This document shows positions 16,163 to 30,944 of a DNA stretch of 64,000 nt, in pieces. The DNA is taken from the NCBI RefSeq assembly GCF_009914755.1, contig NC_060931.1; one strand, written 5' to 3'. The first letter of the stretch is position 1; each line of letters begins with the position of its first letter. Made by a program: the position numbers and the translations under genes. This DNA comes from the human T2T-CHM13v2.0 reference genome, Homo sapiens. The notes under the pieces were generated by a model. It was given only the letters and a program-made list of their open reading frames with translations, made no database searches and had not been told where the DNA came from.

Positions 16163-17779
16163 CTTTTTTTTTTTTCTTGATTAAGTTAGTTATTTTCTTC
16201 TTCTTGATGGCAAAAAAAGAGCCCTCACTGTTGAGCTATGCCTCTCAGCCTATAGAACTTTGCTCTCTTGAATGCCTGTCCACAAGGCAAATTTCTACAC
16301 TTATTCCACTCTCTTCACAATCTCTAATTGTCACTTGTTGAATGATCCAAGGACTGCTAAGTGGAGATTATTCAAAAGAATATAGTAAGGACAGGAAAAG
16401 AGATGAATAAGGATTTTCGGAACAAATATTTAATATTTAGATATCTGTCCCTTTTTTCCTAAGGTTGGACTTTCTTTTATAACTGAACCCCTGATAGACC
16501 AAAACTGGATCCTACTTGATCAGAAATTCAAACAAAGATGTTCATCATCAACAATCAGCAATTCAAATAAGCACCTGGCACTCCTCCAGAGAATGTTGCA
16601 TATCCCCACTGCTCTCAGGAATTGTTCTTGCTTATTTCTCTCAGCAAATTGTGTACTGGTCAGGCTAATGTGGGAGATTTCTCATGAGATATGTCCTGGA
16701 AATCACCATGGTGAGAGCCAAAATGTGTCCCCTAAAAGCTTTCTCTTTCTTACCTTTTCTTTTATCATTTATTGTCCTTCAAATTTTTCTAGCTCCCAAT
16801 CCCATATTCCCTTTCTTATTTCCTAGACTTCTGGTTTGAGGTCTAGAGAGCTATTATGAAGCTCTTTATCTAGAAAAATTGCTTTTTATTAACATGGTAG
16901 AATATTGCCCTATTACAAATAAAGACTATATGAATCTTCACTACAAATCCTAAAGTAATGTTCTTCAAACTATGGATCAAAACCCATTTGTGGGTTGTGA
17001 AATCAATTTTAGTAAGTTGTATCCAGGATTTTAAAAAATGAAATTGTGTACAATAGAGTAGATCTGAATAGAAAACATCACAGTATTTCACTCATAAGTT
17101 TTTAAACAAAATTTTTTTTTCTCAGTAATGTGTAATTCATGGTCAGGTCTCTTTAAACTAGGTCAAGACCCAATTGAGATGCCTGATTCACATGATTTCT
17201 TCTCTTTCACTCACGGAAAACACCACTTTCTGCCATATCCTCCACCTAGCCTTTGGCCTTACTGGAAGATGCAGTAAGGCATCTACATGATGGTACAAAA
17301 CTATGAGCTGAGTCCTTCAAACTTAGAAGTAGATATGCCAAAGTAGGACATGACAAAAAATTTTTTGCAATACAATAATGTGGCTAGCAAAGCTATTATC
17401 TTGTAGCCTAATCCTGTTATCCATGTCAGAAGCTGAATACAACGTTGCCATATTCTTATTCTGTATTCCTTCAGTAACGTTCCTAATCTCTCAGATAGAC
17501 CTCCTCACCCACATTTGGATATCCAGGCTCAATGGAGTAAAGGTTAAGTGTGCAGGAAGGCCGAAGAGAAAATCACATTAATTTAAGAACCATTACTAGG
17601 TTTCTCATATGAATGTTTCATGCAGTGCCATGAAACATCCAAACGAGTAACATAGTAATGGTTCTTAAATTAATACCATTGTAGTATGTCCATGTTTCTC
17701 TGAATGACCGTTTTGATTTGACACCCTCTAAGTTTCTATTCAACTCAAGACTGTCATATTGAGAACATCTGTACCAGTT

Positions 17780-18660
17780 ACTCTTTAAAATGCTTACCTA
17801 TAACTCTTTCCACCTTTCCAAGAACCTAGTGCACTTTTGCTATTCTATGGGGATTTCTTTCTTTGGCCAGTGCCTCATTTACTGTTCTTTTTGGACTTTC
17901 CTCCTCCTAAGAAAATTGTTCTAAGTTGCTTTCCTCAGGGGTCCTCTCATGGATCTCCCCTCTTAGTGTTTTATATGCCTTCCCTGGGAAATCTTATCCA
18001 ATATCATGACTTTAATTCAATTTATATAACATTAACATTCATGTCAATATCTCTACCCTGAGCCTCAAGACAAAATTTTAACTATTTATTGAAACTTTCT
18101 ACTTGTATATCTCACAGGCTCTTAAAATTCTATTATGTAAAATAAGATTAATAATTCTTTCCCCCAAAACATTTTTGCTTCCCTGAACTGGTTAGTAGCA
18201 GCACCGTTTAAATAGAACCATTAATTTAAAACTTCAAATCACCTTTAATTTCTATTAGTCAATATTTTCCATCAATTTTACCTACTGAGTGTCCCTTTTC
18301 CATCTCTTCTTACACTATCTAGGTTTTGGGGCTCAAAACTTGTCAACTGTTCTATTGAAACAGCTTCTTGACTGGCCTCCTTGTCACTGCAATGTTCATT
18401 TTCCACAGTGACACCAGAGTTATTTTGAGACACAAATCTGATCATGGCATTCTCCTGCTTAAAAATGGCTAACGGCTCATGACTTTTTACAGGACAAAAT
18501 CCAGCTAAGACCTTTCAGAGTCTAGGTAAAACTTGTTTTTTGTTTGTTTGTTTGTTTTCTTTTTAACAGGATGCCCCATATTTCCACTGGAACCAAACCA
18601 AATTTATGGTTCTCACCTCAATCTGCCTTTTCATGTTTTATTCTGTCTGCCTGAGAAGGG
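17780..18660 (+). mobile_element. L2 fragments
   Basis: ttcctcaggggtcctctcatggatctcc and acaaatctgatcatggcattctcctgcttaaaa are typical L2 segments. Confidence 0.65.
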
Positions 18661-18689
18661 AGAAGGAGACCAATAAGCATGGAATGTCC

Positions 18690-18895
18690 ATTATGTGCCA
18701 AGCATTGTGCTATCCACTTCCTCCTTCAATACTCCTAGAAATTGACTGTTTTTCCCATTTTGAAAATGAGGAATATCATGATTAGAAAAATTTTTAACTT
18801 TGCTTAAATTCACAGAATGATTAAGGGCTAGAACTAGAATCCAAACTCCAGCCTTCTTGAGTCTAAAGCCTAAGCTCTTGCCACTAAACCAGGCT
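18690..18895 (-). mobile_element. MIR
   Basis: atgtgccaagcattgtgct...cccattttgaaaatgaggaa...gagtctaaagcctaagctctt. Confidence 0.75.
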
Positions 18896-18905
18896 ATGCT
18901 ATCTT

Positions 18906-19281
18906 TGCTATGGACTGAGTGTTTATTTTCCCTCAAAATTCATATATTGAAATGTAATCCTCACTGCAATGGTATTTGGAGATGGGGCTTTTGGGAAGTA
19001 AGTAGGTCATAAGGATAGAGCCCTCACAAATAGGATTAGTGCCCTTATAAGAGAAGACGTGGGAAGCTTGCTTCCTTTCTCTCTGCTCTCTGGCATATGT
19101 GGGTACAAGAAGAAGACAACCATCTGCAAAGCAGGAAGCAAAGTGGTTCCTCTTTGGACACAAGATCTGCCAGCACTTTGATCTTGGACTTGCCGGCCTC
19201 TTTAGAAGCGTGAAAAATAAATGTGGCATAAGCCACTACTTTATGGCATATTTGTTATAGCAGCCCTAATTAACCAAGACA
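18906..19281 (+). mobile_element. MaLR solo LTR (MLT1A/MLT1A0-like)
   Basis: tgctatggactgagtgt...aagaca; 5-bp TSD atctt/atcct. Confidence 0.85.
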
Positions 19282-22200
19282 ATCCTGGAACTTATGCCCT
19301 TTTTGTCTTTCAAGACCCATCGTAAAATACCACCTCCTCCATGAAACTTTTTCTGATGCCCCAAGGTGGAGTAAGTCATTCCGTTGTCTGCACTCCAGTA
19401 CCACAGTGTACACATCTCTGTGGCAGCTCTCTTCACATTGTATTGTAGTTATGTATGTGTCTGCCTTCACCTTAGCCTGAGGAACAAGAGCCACTTTCAA
19501 TTCATCAGCAAGAAAACCAGTTGGAGAGGCAGAAACAGCAACAACTTGCCAAGAATTGAATCCCATTTCTGTATTTATTAACCATACAACCTTGGACAAT
19601 TTACTGAACCTCACAGAATCTTTTCACTTGCCAAATAGCGATGATAGTTCTATAGGTAAGGTTTCTAGGACATAGGAGGCACCTCATACATGTTGAAAGA
19701 AAAACTTAGAGGAATATTCAATAGTTTAGTACTCCTTTCGAGACATAAATTAACATTTCAACCTACCTTCCACCGGGCTTTAATAGTGGGATGTTTGGTA
19801 TTGCAGAAGACTGAAGGGAGAGGTGGTTTGGGGCAGCAGAATATCCAATATTCCCACCTCCCCACATCTTCCCTGGTATTTCGTTATCCCCCATTGCTTA
19901 CATTAGTGGAATAGGCCTGCCCTCTAATGGAAACAACTTGTTCTTAGCTCTGTTTAGCACCTCTGCAAGAGCCAGAGCCCATCCCTGTGCTAAGCAAGTG
20001 TGGAGAACATACATATTAATTGACTGCTTTAATTGAAAACTCTTAGCTTTATAAAGGAAAAATAAGGTGTGTTTTTCTATACATCCTAGAAAACCATTCA
20101 GTAGTAGACATTGTTTCACAAAATAATTTTTAATAAAAATGTACCCCCAAAATATCTTTTATAAAACTAATTATTGTGTTTTGTATTTTATGTGAATCTT
20201 TTTAACTAAATAGACTTGAAAGCATTTTGCAAACAGATTTATTACCTATATAGTGTGTTCAAGTCAATTAAAGTAAAATTCAATTAAAAAGCAACCACCT
20301 CCGAAGTAAGGCACAGCAGATGTTTAACAGCTCACAGCAACACCTCACAGCAGTGCAACTTAAGCAGCAGTTTATGAACAAAAATGAAGAATTCCATTTT
20401 CTATTTAAGCAACAGGAGCAACAGAGAGAAACAGAACATAATTATCCAAATTAGAAATTTTCTGTGAAACCAAGGTCACCATCTCCGCTATTCACAGAAA
20501 GGCCACGAGATATTTATTGATCACATGCAGCCAAGAATTCTGCTTTATGTCTCTGCTGATGGACAGCCCCCTCAGGCACCCAGTCTCCAAATACTACAGT
20601 CATAAAAATTCACAAGGAAGCTGGGAATGATCTTCAGGACTTAAAATGGCAGTCCTTCCCTCCTTATTCTCCTGCTCCTGGGCTCAAGAGAGGGCTTGAC
20701 CACCAGATTGTCTACCAAGGGACACAAATAGAATGGAATGTAAAGGATGCAGCCATAGTGTATCTTTTTGTGTAATGCAGTAGGGATTTTACTCCTATCT
20801 AACTTGATCTTGAGTCTGGATGGAGTGAAAAACATTCTGACCACTTCACTCCGTGATTTTCATGTTCATTGCTACTGAAGACTGAGGGGTGCTGAGGTGG
20901 GTCAGGGTTTCTTTCAGTGTTGAGATGTGATTCGAAAATAGTGACTCCACAATCTCAAAGCAGCCTTACAAAAAGCTAAACAGGAAAAATTAACTCAACC
21001 ATGATACTGAAAAATGCCTGGGTGGAGAGCTGAGTATGTCTCCCTTCCAGATGTGAGCTTGTTCTGCATCCCCCGACTAGCTTGATCACCATGAATGTAC
21101 CAACCTTATGCCTATTATATTGCTTTTAATTTAAAACTAAATAGACTAGGTTTCCAAATAAAAATGAAAAAGAGACTCCTTGGCTGCCGTTTATGTTAGA
21201 CTAAATAATGATTTGACTCAGTTTTGCTTTTATCTGATAGAATTCTAAAATTAGAAGCAAGCAGAAACATGTTAATGGATTTATCTTTGGGTCAAATTTC
21301 TTCATCAACTTGTCATCATGATGCTATTAGTTAATTCGTTCATTTTGGTAATGGCCACTTGCAAACAACTTACTGATACATATAGAATTAACAATTATTC
21401 TCTCCCTGTTTGCTGATAAAAGGGCATCTCTCTGAAGGAGAGAGGAGCCAGCAGTTTCGATGGAAGCACTGTTTACCTCTAAATCAGTCTATTCAGATAT
21501 CGTTATAACAATTTTACCTAATAACAAATATAATAAAGGCTGTTCAGAGATTGTGTGACCTTTAGCCTATGGATTGCAGGGATTAAATACTGAGATAGAT
21601 ATTTTCTTTCTGTGTAAGCAAATAGAAGACTTTCTCAAGAAGATTACATTGACCTGATTTTCTCAGGATCAAGCAGATGCAAATCAACATGATTATTATA
21701 CACCTACCATGTGAACAAAACTGTGCTGAATGCTAGGCAGACATAAAGATCAACACAATGATCTCTTGAATCCTTACAATATTTCAGGGATCTACAGAGA
21801 TAAGAAGGAGTAAAAACTAAGTAAGTCACAGGGGTCACACAGCACGTTTACAGTAAAGGCAGAAATTGTAGCTATTAGAACTTCTTTTCGTAGTCTGGTG
21901 CTACTCCTCAAAAGCACAGTTTTGAATTGGATCCTATAGGTCTCAAATTCTGTCTTCAAGAGCATAAAGAGTAATGGGACCAAGTAGGTCACCTTCAAGG
22001 CAGCAAAAGAGGAATTATTCCTGGTCACACAGAGGGGATATACTAAATTTAGAGAACGAGGTAGATGCTGTCATTTCTCTCCAGATTTAGATTTCTTCTG
22101 TCACCTGATAAATTTTATTCTATCAATAATCTTCCTCTCTGATATCCACCAGCCTCTTACTGACCAACTGTGTCTTTCTCAGCAGAAATTTGGTCAACTT

Positions 22201-22589
22201 TCTTATGTCCTAACTAGTCACATAGACAAGAGAATTTTGCTTGAACCCTGAGCATCAACTGCACATCTGTCCATCGTTTGCCTTTCCTTCAAAGCCAGAC
22301 TTAGAGAAGGAGTTGCCTGCACTCATTGCTTCTGCTTGCCTCAGGCACCAGCAATTCAGCACCACATTCTTGAGATTGCTCTTCTAAGATCACCAACAGC
22401 CACTTTTCTGCCGTCCATCCCAAGGTAGATCCTGTCGATGGCTTCCTCCATGTTGAATCTCTCCTTCATCATTGCCTCTATGACACCACTCTTTCTAGTC
22501 TTATTCTCCCTCTCAGACCACCCCCTCTTCCTCCACCCACCTCTTCAACATCATTCTTTCACAGGGTTCCGTGCTTGGTCCATCTTCCA

Positions 22590-22860
22590 GAGCACCATGG
22601 GGAGTAGAAATAAAGTGAGATTTGGAGACAGGTGTGTTGGTTTGACCATTGATTATTCCATTCATTAGCTATGTGATCCTGAACAGTTTCTAGCTATGTG
22701 ATCCTGAAGTTATTTGACCTCATTGAAATGCAGTTTCCTTGTCCTCAGTATGACGGGGTGAATCATGCATAAGTCACTAAATTCTTGTGAGAAATAAATG
22801 TAAAAATAAGTAAAGAGAGGAGCTCAGGTCTGCCACGTGATATGTGCTCATTAAATTTTC
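22590..22860 (+). mobile_element. MIR within L2 remnants
   Basis: ttagctatgtgatcctg...cagtttccttgtcctc core; L2-like sequence flanks it from ~22300 to 23520. Confidence 0.6.
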
Positions 22861-23544
22861 ATTGTTTCTCACCTACACCTCTGCACTGATAATATCCTAA
22901 CTTATTTCTCTAGCTTGGGCCTTACCCTGTCTTAGTGAAGGCATAGCAGCACGTTAGGTCCTGCAAGTCACCTTGGATGCCAACCTTTTTCTCACCCCCC
23001 CAATCCCCCCACAAAGGAGGCTCTTGACCCTAAAAATTCTTGCATCAATTATCCCCTCATTTTCCCACTACTGCACCAGTCTCAGTCTGGGCTACCATCA
23101 ATTTTTATCTAGACAATTGCATCCTCATCAAGCAGATTTCCCTCCAGTTATTCCCACTACCTTCATCTCCACTCTATCTCCCTCCATAGCTACCATCTAA
23201 TGCATCATCTCTACTAGCAAGCCTTTGCTGGCTCTCTATTGCCTAGAGAACTAAGCTCACATCCTTTGCGTGATATACAAAGCCTCTCAGAATGGTCTTC
23301 TTTATCTCCATCTCCTTTTCATGGAAATCCTGCTGTCCTGTCTAACCAGTCTACTAGTCCATTTCCTAACTGACATGTCCTTACATTCTCTCTGCCTTTG
23401 ACATATTGATTCTCTGTTGGATACGCCCTATGCCCTCTTGTTTATCCTTCAATCTTCAGCTCAGGTATCACTTTCTCTATGGAACCTTCTCTAATATTTC
23501 CCCTAATTGCTACCCCATTTCCACCCTTTATGCATTTTTTAGGA

Positions 23545-23834
23545 ACAATGTCTCTCTCTGTCACCCAACCTGAATTGTAGTGATACAATCATAGCTCACT
23601 GCAACCTCAGACTCCTGGGCTCAAGCAGTCCTCCTACTTCAGCCTCTCCAGTAGCTAGGATTACAGGTGTGTACCTCCACACCTGGCTAATTTTAATTTT
23701 TTTTTTTTATTTTTGTAGAGATAAGGTCTCACTATGTTGCCCAGGCTCGCCTCAAACTCCTGGCCTCAAGCAATTCTCCCACCTTGGCCTCCTAAAGTGC
23801 TGGGATTATAGGCATGAGCTACTATGCCAGGTCC
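23545..23834 (-). mobile_element. AluJ
   Basis: atcatagctcactgcaacctcagactcctgggctcaagcagtcc. Confidence 0.85.
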
Positions 23835-23894
23835 ATTTTTTAAAAAATCAACAAACATTTATTTTTTATATTCAATAAATAGTTATTGGACACC

Positions 23895-24800
23895 GAATTA
23901 GTTTTCTATTATTCCATAAAAATTACCTCAAAATTTAGTAGCTTAAACAACATTTATTAAATAGCAATAGTTTCTGGTCAGGAATTTGTACACAGCCAAA
24001 CTGGGTTCTCTGGCTCAGTCAGAGCCTCCCACACACCTCAAATTAAGGTGTTGTTGAGTGCAAAAGTTGTCTTAAGGTTTGACTGGGGAAAGATTTGCTT
24101 TCAAGCTCACTCATGGTGGCAGGATTGAGTTCTTAGTGGGCTATGGACTGAGGGACTCGGTTTCTTGCTGGCTGTTAGCCTGAGGCTGTTCTTAATTATT
24201 TGCCTCTCCACAGGTCAGGTCACAACATGGAAGCCTATTTCATCCAGAGAAAGCAAGTGAGAAGATGAGGGAGAGAGAGGGAAATAAAGGACCATTGTTT
24301 TAGTTTGGGCTGCTGTAACAAAAATAGCCAAACTGTGTGCGTTAAACAGCAAACATTTATTTCTCACAGCTGTGGAGGCTGGAAGTCTAAAATCAGGGTG
24401 CCAGCATGGTCAGGTTCATGGTGAAAGACCTCTTTGGGTTTTACAGACAGCTATCACTGTGTTGTATTCTCATGTGTCAGAGAACAGAGAGAGAGGAAGC
24501 AAGCTCTCCTAAATCTCCTCTTATAAAGGGCACTAATCCCATTCAGGAAGTCTCCACCCTCATGACCTAATTACTACCCAAAGGCCCACCTCTTAATACC
24601 ATCCCATTAATGATTTCAACGTATGAATTTTGGAGGGACACATTCAGCCCATAACAACCAGCAAGAGGAAAGATGCAGTCTTTTATAACCTAATCTCAGA
24701 AGTGATACCGCCTAACTTTTTCCATAACTTATTCGTAGAAGAAAGCCACCAGTTCTAACCCACATTAAGGGGAGGGAATAAGAGTCATTTCCAGACTACA
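23895..24800 (-). mobile_element. Older MLT1 LTR (MLT1E/F-like) interrupted by a younger MLT1A
   Basis: ttagttttctatt...gcttaaacaacatttatt; the host resumes after 24661 with ttttataacctaatctcagaagtga. Confidence 0.7.
24296..24656 (-). mobile_element. Nested MLT1A/MLT1A0-like LTR
   Basis: tgttttagtttgggctgc...cccataaca; TSD accat/accag. Confidence 0.85.
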
Positions 24801-25599
24801 TCAGTTAGTTAAGTTTCCCCAAAATGAACCCAAATGTAAGAATTTAAACTACTGAATATGTTAGAAATATTGCTGCTAGATTACTATAGGTGATTTTTAT
24901 GAATTGATATCTTAGTGTATTAATGGCTCCCAATTTTTAGGAACCACTTTTTCTTTGAAAATCACAAACATGTGGAGTTTATTCACTTCACCCACCAGGT
25001 TCCATAGAAACTACTGGTTTTCTTAAACTGTTATTAATAGCAATTTTAGGCAAGAATGACAACATTTTCAGCTACCAAACCTGGAATATTAAAGCCTGAC
25101 TTCCCAGCTGTTGTACATTTAATTCATTCAATTAACTTAAGCTACTTTAATTCAGTTGAAAATCAGGAATAATTACACTTAGTTAAAGAAAAAACCCTCT
25201 ATTTATAAAGAACATGATCGTTAAGTTCACATTACCTCTTACATTTTTCCTTCTCCGTTTTTTTTTTCTTTTTTTTTTTTTTTTTTTTTTACTATCAAAG
25301 AGGAAGCAGTTGGTTAATGTTTAAATTTGGTGGTGGTGGAATGGGGAGAGAGGCGTTATGAAAGCTTTATGTAACCCAGTCTAGAAACCTTCATCTCTGA
25401 GACAACCACAGAAGGAAATTAGCTTGGATATTTTCCTGCTTTCCTATTGGAATGAATCCCAAATTTAGGTTCAGAATGTAGGTTTGTCACCTCTGGTCAC
25501 AAAGGAAGATCCCTTCTCATTTCGCTTGGGAAATGCTTCCTGTAAGGGATGAGATTTCGAAATACAGGGAATGAGAATAGTCTGTTCATTTACATCCCA

Positions 25600-26096
<497 letters not shown>

Positions 26097-26601
26097 CTAT
26101 TCTGAATGATTTAGTGATTACTTACAAAAGTTCTATGTGATTTATTTCATCAAATCACAGAATGTTTGTACTGGAAAAAAAAATCCTAAAAATCACTTGG
26201 TCTAATCCCTTCTTCAAGTCTTCTCTATAATAACATTTTTTCCCCCCACACGGTGGTCATAGTAATTATTTTTAAATGCACATATGGCCAATGACTTACC
26301 ACTCTCAAGGTAAAGACCAAATTTATTTTACCTGGTTTAACACTGTAGCAGCTCCCCTGCTCCCTCCATCGCATACCAACAATTCAAGTTTTCTCTTTTG
26401 CAGAGATCTCTTCTACCTCTACCTTGGGTTTTCTCAGAAGCCGTTGCTTCTGCCCAAAATATTTTTCTAGTCTTTTAACTATTCCAACTCCTACTTATCT
26501 TAAGCTAAGTAAGTACCCCTCCTATGGGCTAATGGAGAGGCCCTGTACTTTCTTCATTAATACCGATCACATTATATTGTATTGTCTCTTTGTTTGGCTG
26601 A

Positions 26602-26954
<353 letters not shown>

Positions 26955-28559
26955 TACTTAAACACCAGCTCTATGAAGAGAAGGATCATGTCTGTCTTCT
27001 CCATAGGTTTAGCTTCAAGACTAAGTAGGTGGCATAGAATAGGTGCAAATAAATATTTGTTTTTTAAATGAACGAAACAATGATTTATCCCCCAGATTAC
27101 TCAGAGCAAAGATGGACTTAGAATTAAGGTCAATTCTCCACAGATGTTTGATCAATTCTTTGAACAAAATGGAAGGGCTTTATTCATCAGTCATTGGAAT
27201 TGCCAGAAGAAACATTTTTCCAAATACCAAATGTAAACACCCTTATCAGAGAAAAAAGCATCAAGATTATATTTAAATTCACTCATTTTTTCCTACACCT
27301 ATTCCTCACTTTACCTTCTTACAAATATAAACATATTTAAATTTCTTGATGATTTTATATTTTCTACTTGGCAGATAATTGTTTTTTCTTTGTGTATGTA
27401 TGTTTAATGGAGCTGAGATCAACGCAGATATTTTTGCTTGATAACTTCAATTTCTGAAGCTTCTTATTATAACCAAACATCTTTAATTTGATGCCATATC
27501 AGTGATTAGGAAGAAAAAAAATCTTATGATGGGGAGTGTACATCTCATAGTTACTGACTGTTATCATAGTGAGAGAGATAATAAAATCATTCACCTGCTC
27601 TTGTAAATGTGGTGGAAGTTCTAAGTTAAGCAAAGAATAATTCTCTTTTATGCAAAATTGAAGAGAGAGCTTCAGAGCTCAGAGTTTCGGTGCTTACTGT
27701 AAGACCAGTCCATCCCAGCCTTCCCATGAATGTTGGGAACAGGAGATGGAGCCCCAGCACTCTGAATGTTCCTGGCAGTGCCCTTGCCTGTCCTCCCCAC
27801 CCCCACAGGCACAGCTCTCTGGCCTGTTCTGTCTTGAAAATCCCAGGACTAATCTCATTATGTTCTTTATCCCTGCTGCTTTAGCTACCGGTAGAAGCTC
27901 AAGTTGCCAGGTCGTCTCTTCTCCTCCCACCACTGTAATCCTGAAATGGTTCTGCATGTCTCCCAGGGATTTATCCCACTCCTTCCCTTTCTACTAATTC
28001 TTGGAAACTCATGTTCTACCACTAGAAAATCTCCTTGATCTTCTCTAAACTTTTTTTTAAACTTCTTGTCCCTACTAAAAGGCAGCAATCCCCTCAGGAC
28101 TCTCGAATGAAGTCAGTTGTCTCTCCCACACTCTTGTACAACTGGAATTGGAGGTGGTCCTTGCTTCTCATTGTCATTTGTAGATACTCGTCCTCTTTCC
28201 TCCCACCACCCAATACCAGTTTAGAACTTTGAGTCATCAGAATCTGCCACCCACTACTTGCCCTAGTTGATGTCACCTACGGACTTCCCTTCATTATTTA
28301 ATGACTTTACTTTAGATCCATGAAACAGGCTCTGTGTGGGATATTTTCATGCAGCAGGTTTATTGAAGCATACACTGTGAAACAGAGCCTGGAAGGTAGT
28401 AAAGACAGCAGGATCAGACTAAATAGAATTCGTCTCTCATCTAGCTGCAAGGAGACTTCAGCTCATCCCATGGGGAGTGCTGGAGTTGGGCTGTTCCTTC
28501 AGAGTTGGCCTCAGTTAATGGAAGGGAGTCAGGACTTTGTACTTCATCATCAAACTCTT

Positions 28560-29280
28560 ACTTTCTGAAGTGCATCTTACCAAGGCCTTCAATATACCTA
28601 CTATTTTTTGCTCAAACAGTCTGATGAGCATGATCTCCTGGACATAGTGGACCAATGTGGTATTCTTCAGAAAGTCCAGATATTCTTCAAACTATGACAG
28701 AGGAGATAATAAAAGAGTTAATATAGTCCTGGATCAAGACATAAATGTGTACTGTTGTCTATGTCTCATTAATACAAATTACTGTTGATCTTCTTTCCTG
28801 ATAGTGATGAAAAAGAATGCATTCACCAGATCAGTGGCTGCATACCATGTACCTAGGTTGCAATGATCTGCCCTAGCAAAGATACCACATCTGACACTGC
28901 AGCTTCTACTTGGTTGATTTTTCAGTAGCCCACTTTTATCCACCTAAAAATCATCCTTATTTTTAGGAGCCAGACTGCTGAATGACAAAAGAATACGGTG
29001 GGTTGCATCCTTTATGTCTTTAAGGGTGGTACTAATCTCTGTAGTTGCCTCTAGAATGTGACAGTTTAAATTTATTCTCTTGGTTTAGTGAGGGGGATTC
29101 CTCAAGACTCAGCCTTACTGCTATTGTTCAATAACTCTTCCCCTGAAATGCCATGTCTGGTCTCTATGCAGAGCTTGACTGCCAAATCTCTGTGTCTAGA
29201 GAAGCTGGCAGTCTGTTACAATGTCAGAAGTCTCAGCCATGGCTCCATGACAGACCTTAGCCATGGTGGGTGCTAGTGAT
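28560..29280 (-). mobile_element. ERVL-class internal pol (RT) relic
   Basis: Minus-strand translation gives EAAVSDVVSLLGQI / GTWYAATDLVNAFFFI / LVHYVQEIML, a degenerate ERVL RT (YIDD decayed). Confidence 0.75.
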
Positions 29281-29299
29281 ATTTAGATCAAAGCCTAGA

Positions 29300-29850
29300 T
29301 GGGTTAGCCGACTTAAGGATTTAGAGACCCAACTTGTGGAGGACTTGAAGGCAATATAGAGGAGTTTAGAATTGATCTAACTCACAGAGGAGAAACCTTT
29401 GAAAATTTTTGAGCAGGAGCAATGGATGGAACATGGCAAAGATCTGGGCCAAGAATGATGGAAAATATTACAGTAACATAGGCAAGAAGTGATAGAGTCA
29501 TGAACTAATATGGCAGCTGTGAAAACTGGAACAATGAAGTAGGAATAAGATTTTTTTTTGTTGTTAAAGATTCAAAAGACCTTGATAATGTCATTAGAAT
29601 CAGGGGATGGAGGAGAGATAGCTGTCAAGAGTGAGTCTACCTTTTCACCCTTGAGTAATGGAGAAAGGCTATTGTCTTTTAGGTAATTCAGAAATGGAGA
29701 AGGGTGTGGAAAAGAAAAAGAAAACATTTAAAATAGAGCATGGTGAATTGAGTTTGGACATGTTGAGTGTGAGTTGATGGCAGAATTGCCTATTAGAATT
29801 GTCCCTTAACAATTGTAAATGTGAAATGATGGACTCAAATGAGCATTCAA
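29300..29850 (-). mobile_element. L2 fragment
   Basis: ttttgagcaggagcaatg and tgagtttggacatgttgagtgtgag motifs. Confidence 0.7.
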
Positions 29851-30357
29851 AACCATAAAAATTTAAACCTGGAAAGGAACTCTTTTAAGGGACCAATTAG
29901 AACTTATTCAGGTGCTTCAGTGGAGGATGGCAGTGGTGGTTTTTAAGAAGTTGTAGAATATTTGTGAAGTATATGCCTGAATAATATTTGGTGATATTAG
30001 TTCATGTTTTTCCCCACAGCGTTTTCCTGCTCATTTCATTCTATTAACTCAGCAATAAATTCTGTGCTTCCTTGCCTAAGGGAGAGTAAAGGGCAGGCAG
30101 AAAGCCCGAAAATAGTCTATAGGACCTAGTATCTCTAAAGGCATAAACCCATTGGAAGAGGTTTAAGGAAGAAACAGTAGACTCAAAGAAGGAGGAAGGA
30201 AAGAGAGGCTCTCTCAGATAAAATAGAGACCCTCTTGGGCTGAGGAAGAGCTGAGAGGCCTATGGATCCTGGAACAGTGGGAACTTGTGTTTTATTTCCT
30301 GACAGTACATGGGACTGCCAAACCCCAGCGGGAAATAGCTTCATGGATTGTCCAAAG

Positions 30358-30566
30358 CAATAGTATCCAGCCATGGTTGCACGTCAGATTATCTGAAGAA
30401 GTTTCTTTAAAATTTTTTAAAGTTATTTTTTATTTAATAGAGGTGAGGTCTTGCTGTGTTGCACAGGCTGGTCTTGAACTCCTGGCCTTGAGCATTCCTC
30501 CTGCCTTGGCCTCCCAAACTGCTGGGATTACAAGGATGAGCCACTGTGCTCAGTCCAGAGTTGTTT

Positions 30567-30599
<33 letters not shown>

Positions 30600-30718
30600 T
30601 TTATCCCAATATCCAAGTCTATCTTAAATATTCTGATTTAGTTAGTCTAACTTGGGCCCAGGAATAGGTGTTTTTCAAAAGCTCTCCAGGTGATTCACAT
30701 TGGCAGCTAGATTCACTG
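30358..30718 (+). mobile_element. MER5B-like hAT element interrupted by a FLAM/Alu monomer
   Basis: ggttgcacgtcagattatctg...attctgatttagttagtct...aaaagctctccaggtgattc...cactg. Confidence 0.7.
30420..30556 (-). mobile_element. FLAM / Alu left monomer, adjacent to (GTT)n at ~30560-30598
   Basis: gaggtcttgctgtgttgcacaggctggtcttgaactcctggcc...ctgggattacagg. Confidence 0.8.
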
Positions 30719-30726
30719 GTCTAAGG

Positions 30727-30941
30727 CAGAGTTTCTCAACCTCAGCACTATTAACATTTTGGATGAATAAGTCTTTGCTGGGGACGGGGCTTTTCTTGCA
30801 TTGTAGGATATTTAGCACTATCCCTGGCATCTACCTGCTAGATTTTAGTAGCACTCACCACCCAGTTATGACAATCAAAACTGTCTCCAGATATTGCCAA
30901 ATGTCCTTGGGGGACAAAATTGTCCCGGTTAAGAATCGCTG
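30727..30941 (-). mobile_element. MER20 hAT-Charlie element, full length
   Basis: cagagtttctcaacctcagcactatt...tgtctccagatattgccaaatgtcc...ggttaagaatcgctg. Confidence 0.9.
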
Positions 30942-30944
30942 TTA

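Noticed and set aside
25258-25290. Orphan poly(T) as a solo poly(A) retro-insertion
   Set aside because: No flanking TSD is visible.
30931-30943. Similarity between the two L1 TSDs (aagaattgct and aagaatcgct)
   Set aside because: Largely explained by L1 endonuclease preference plus chance; only two cases.
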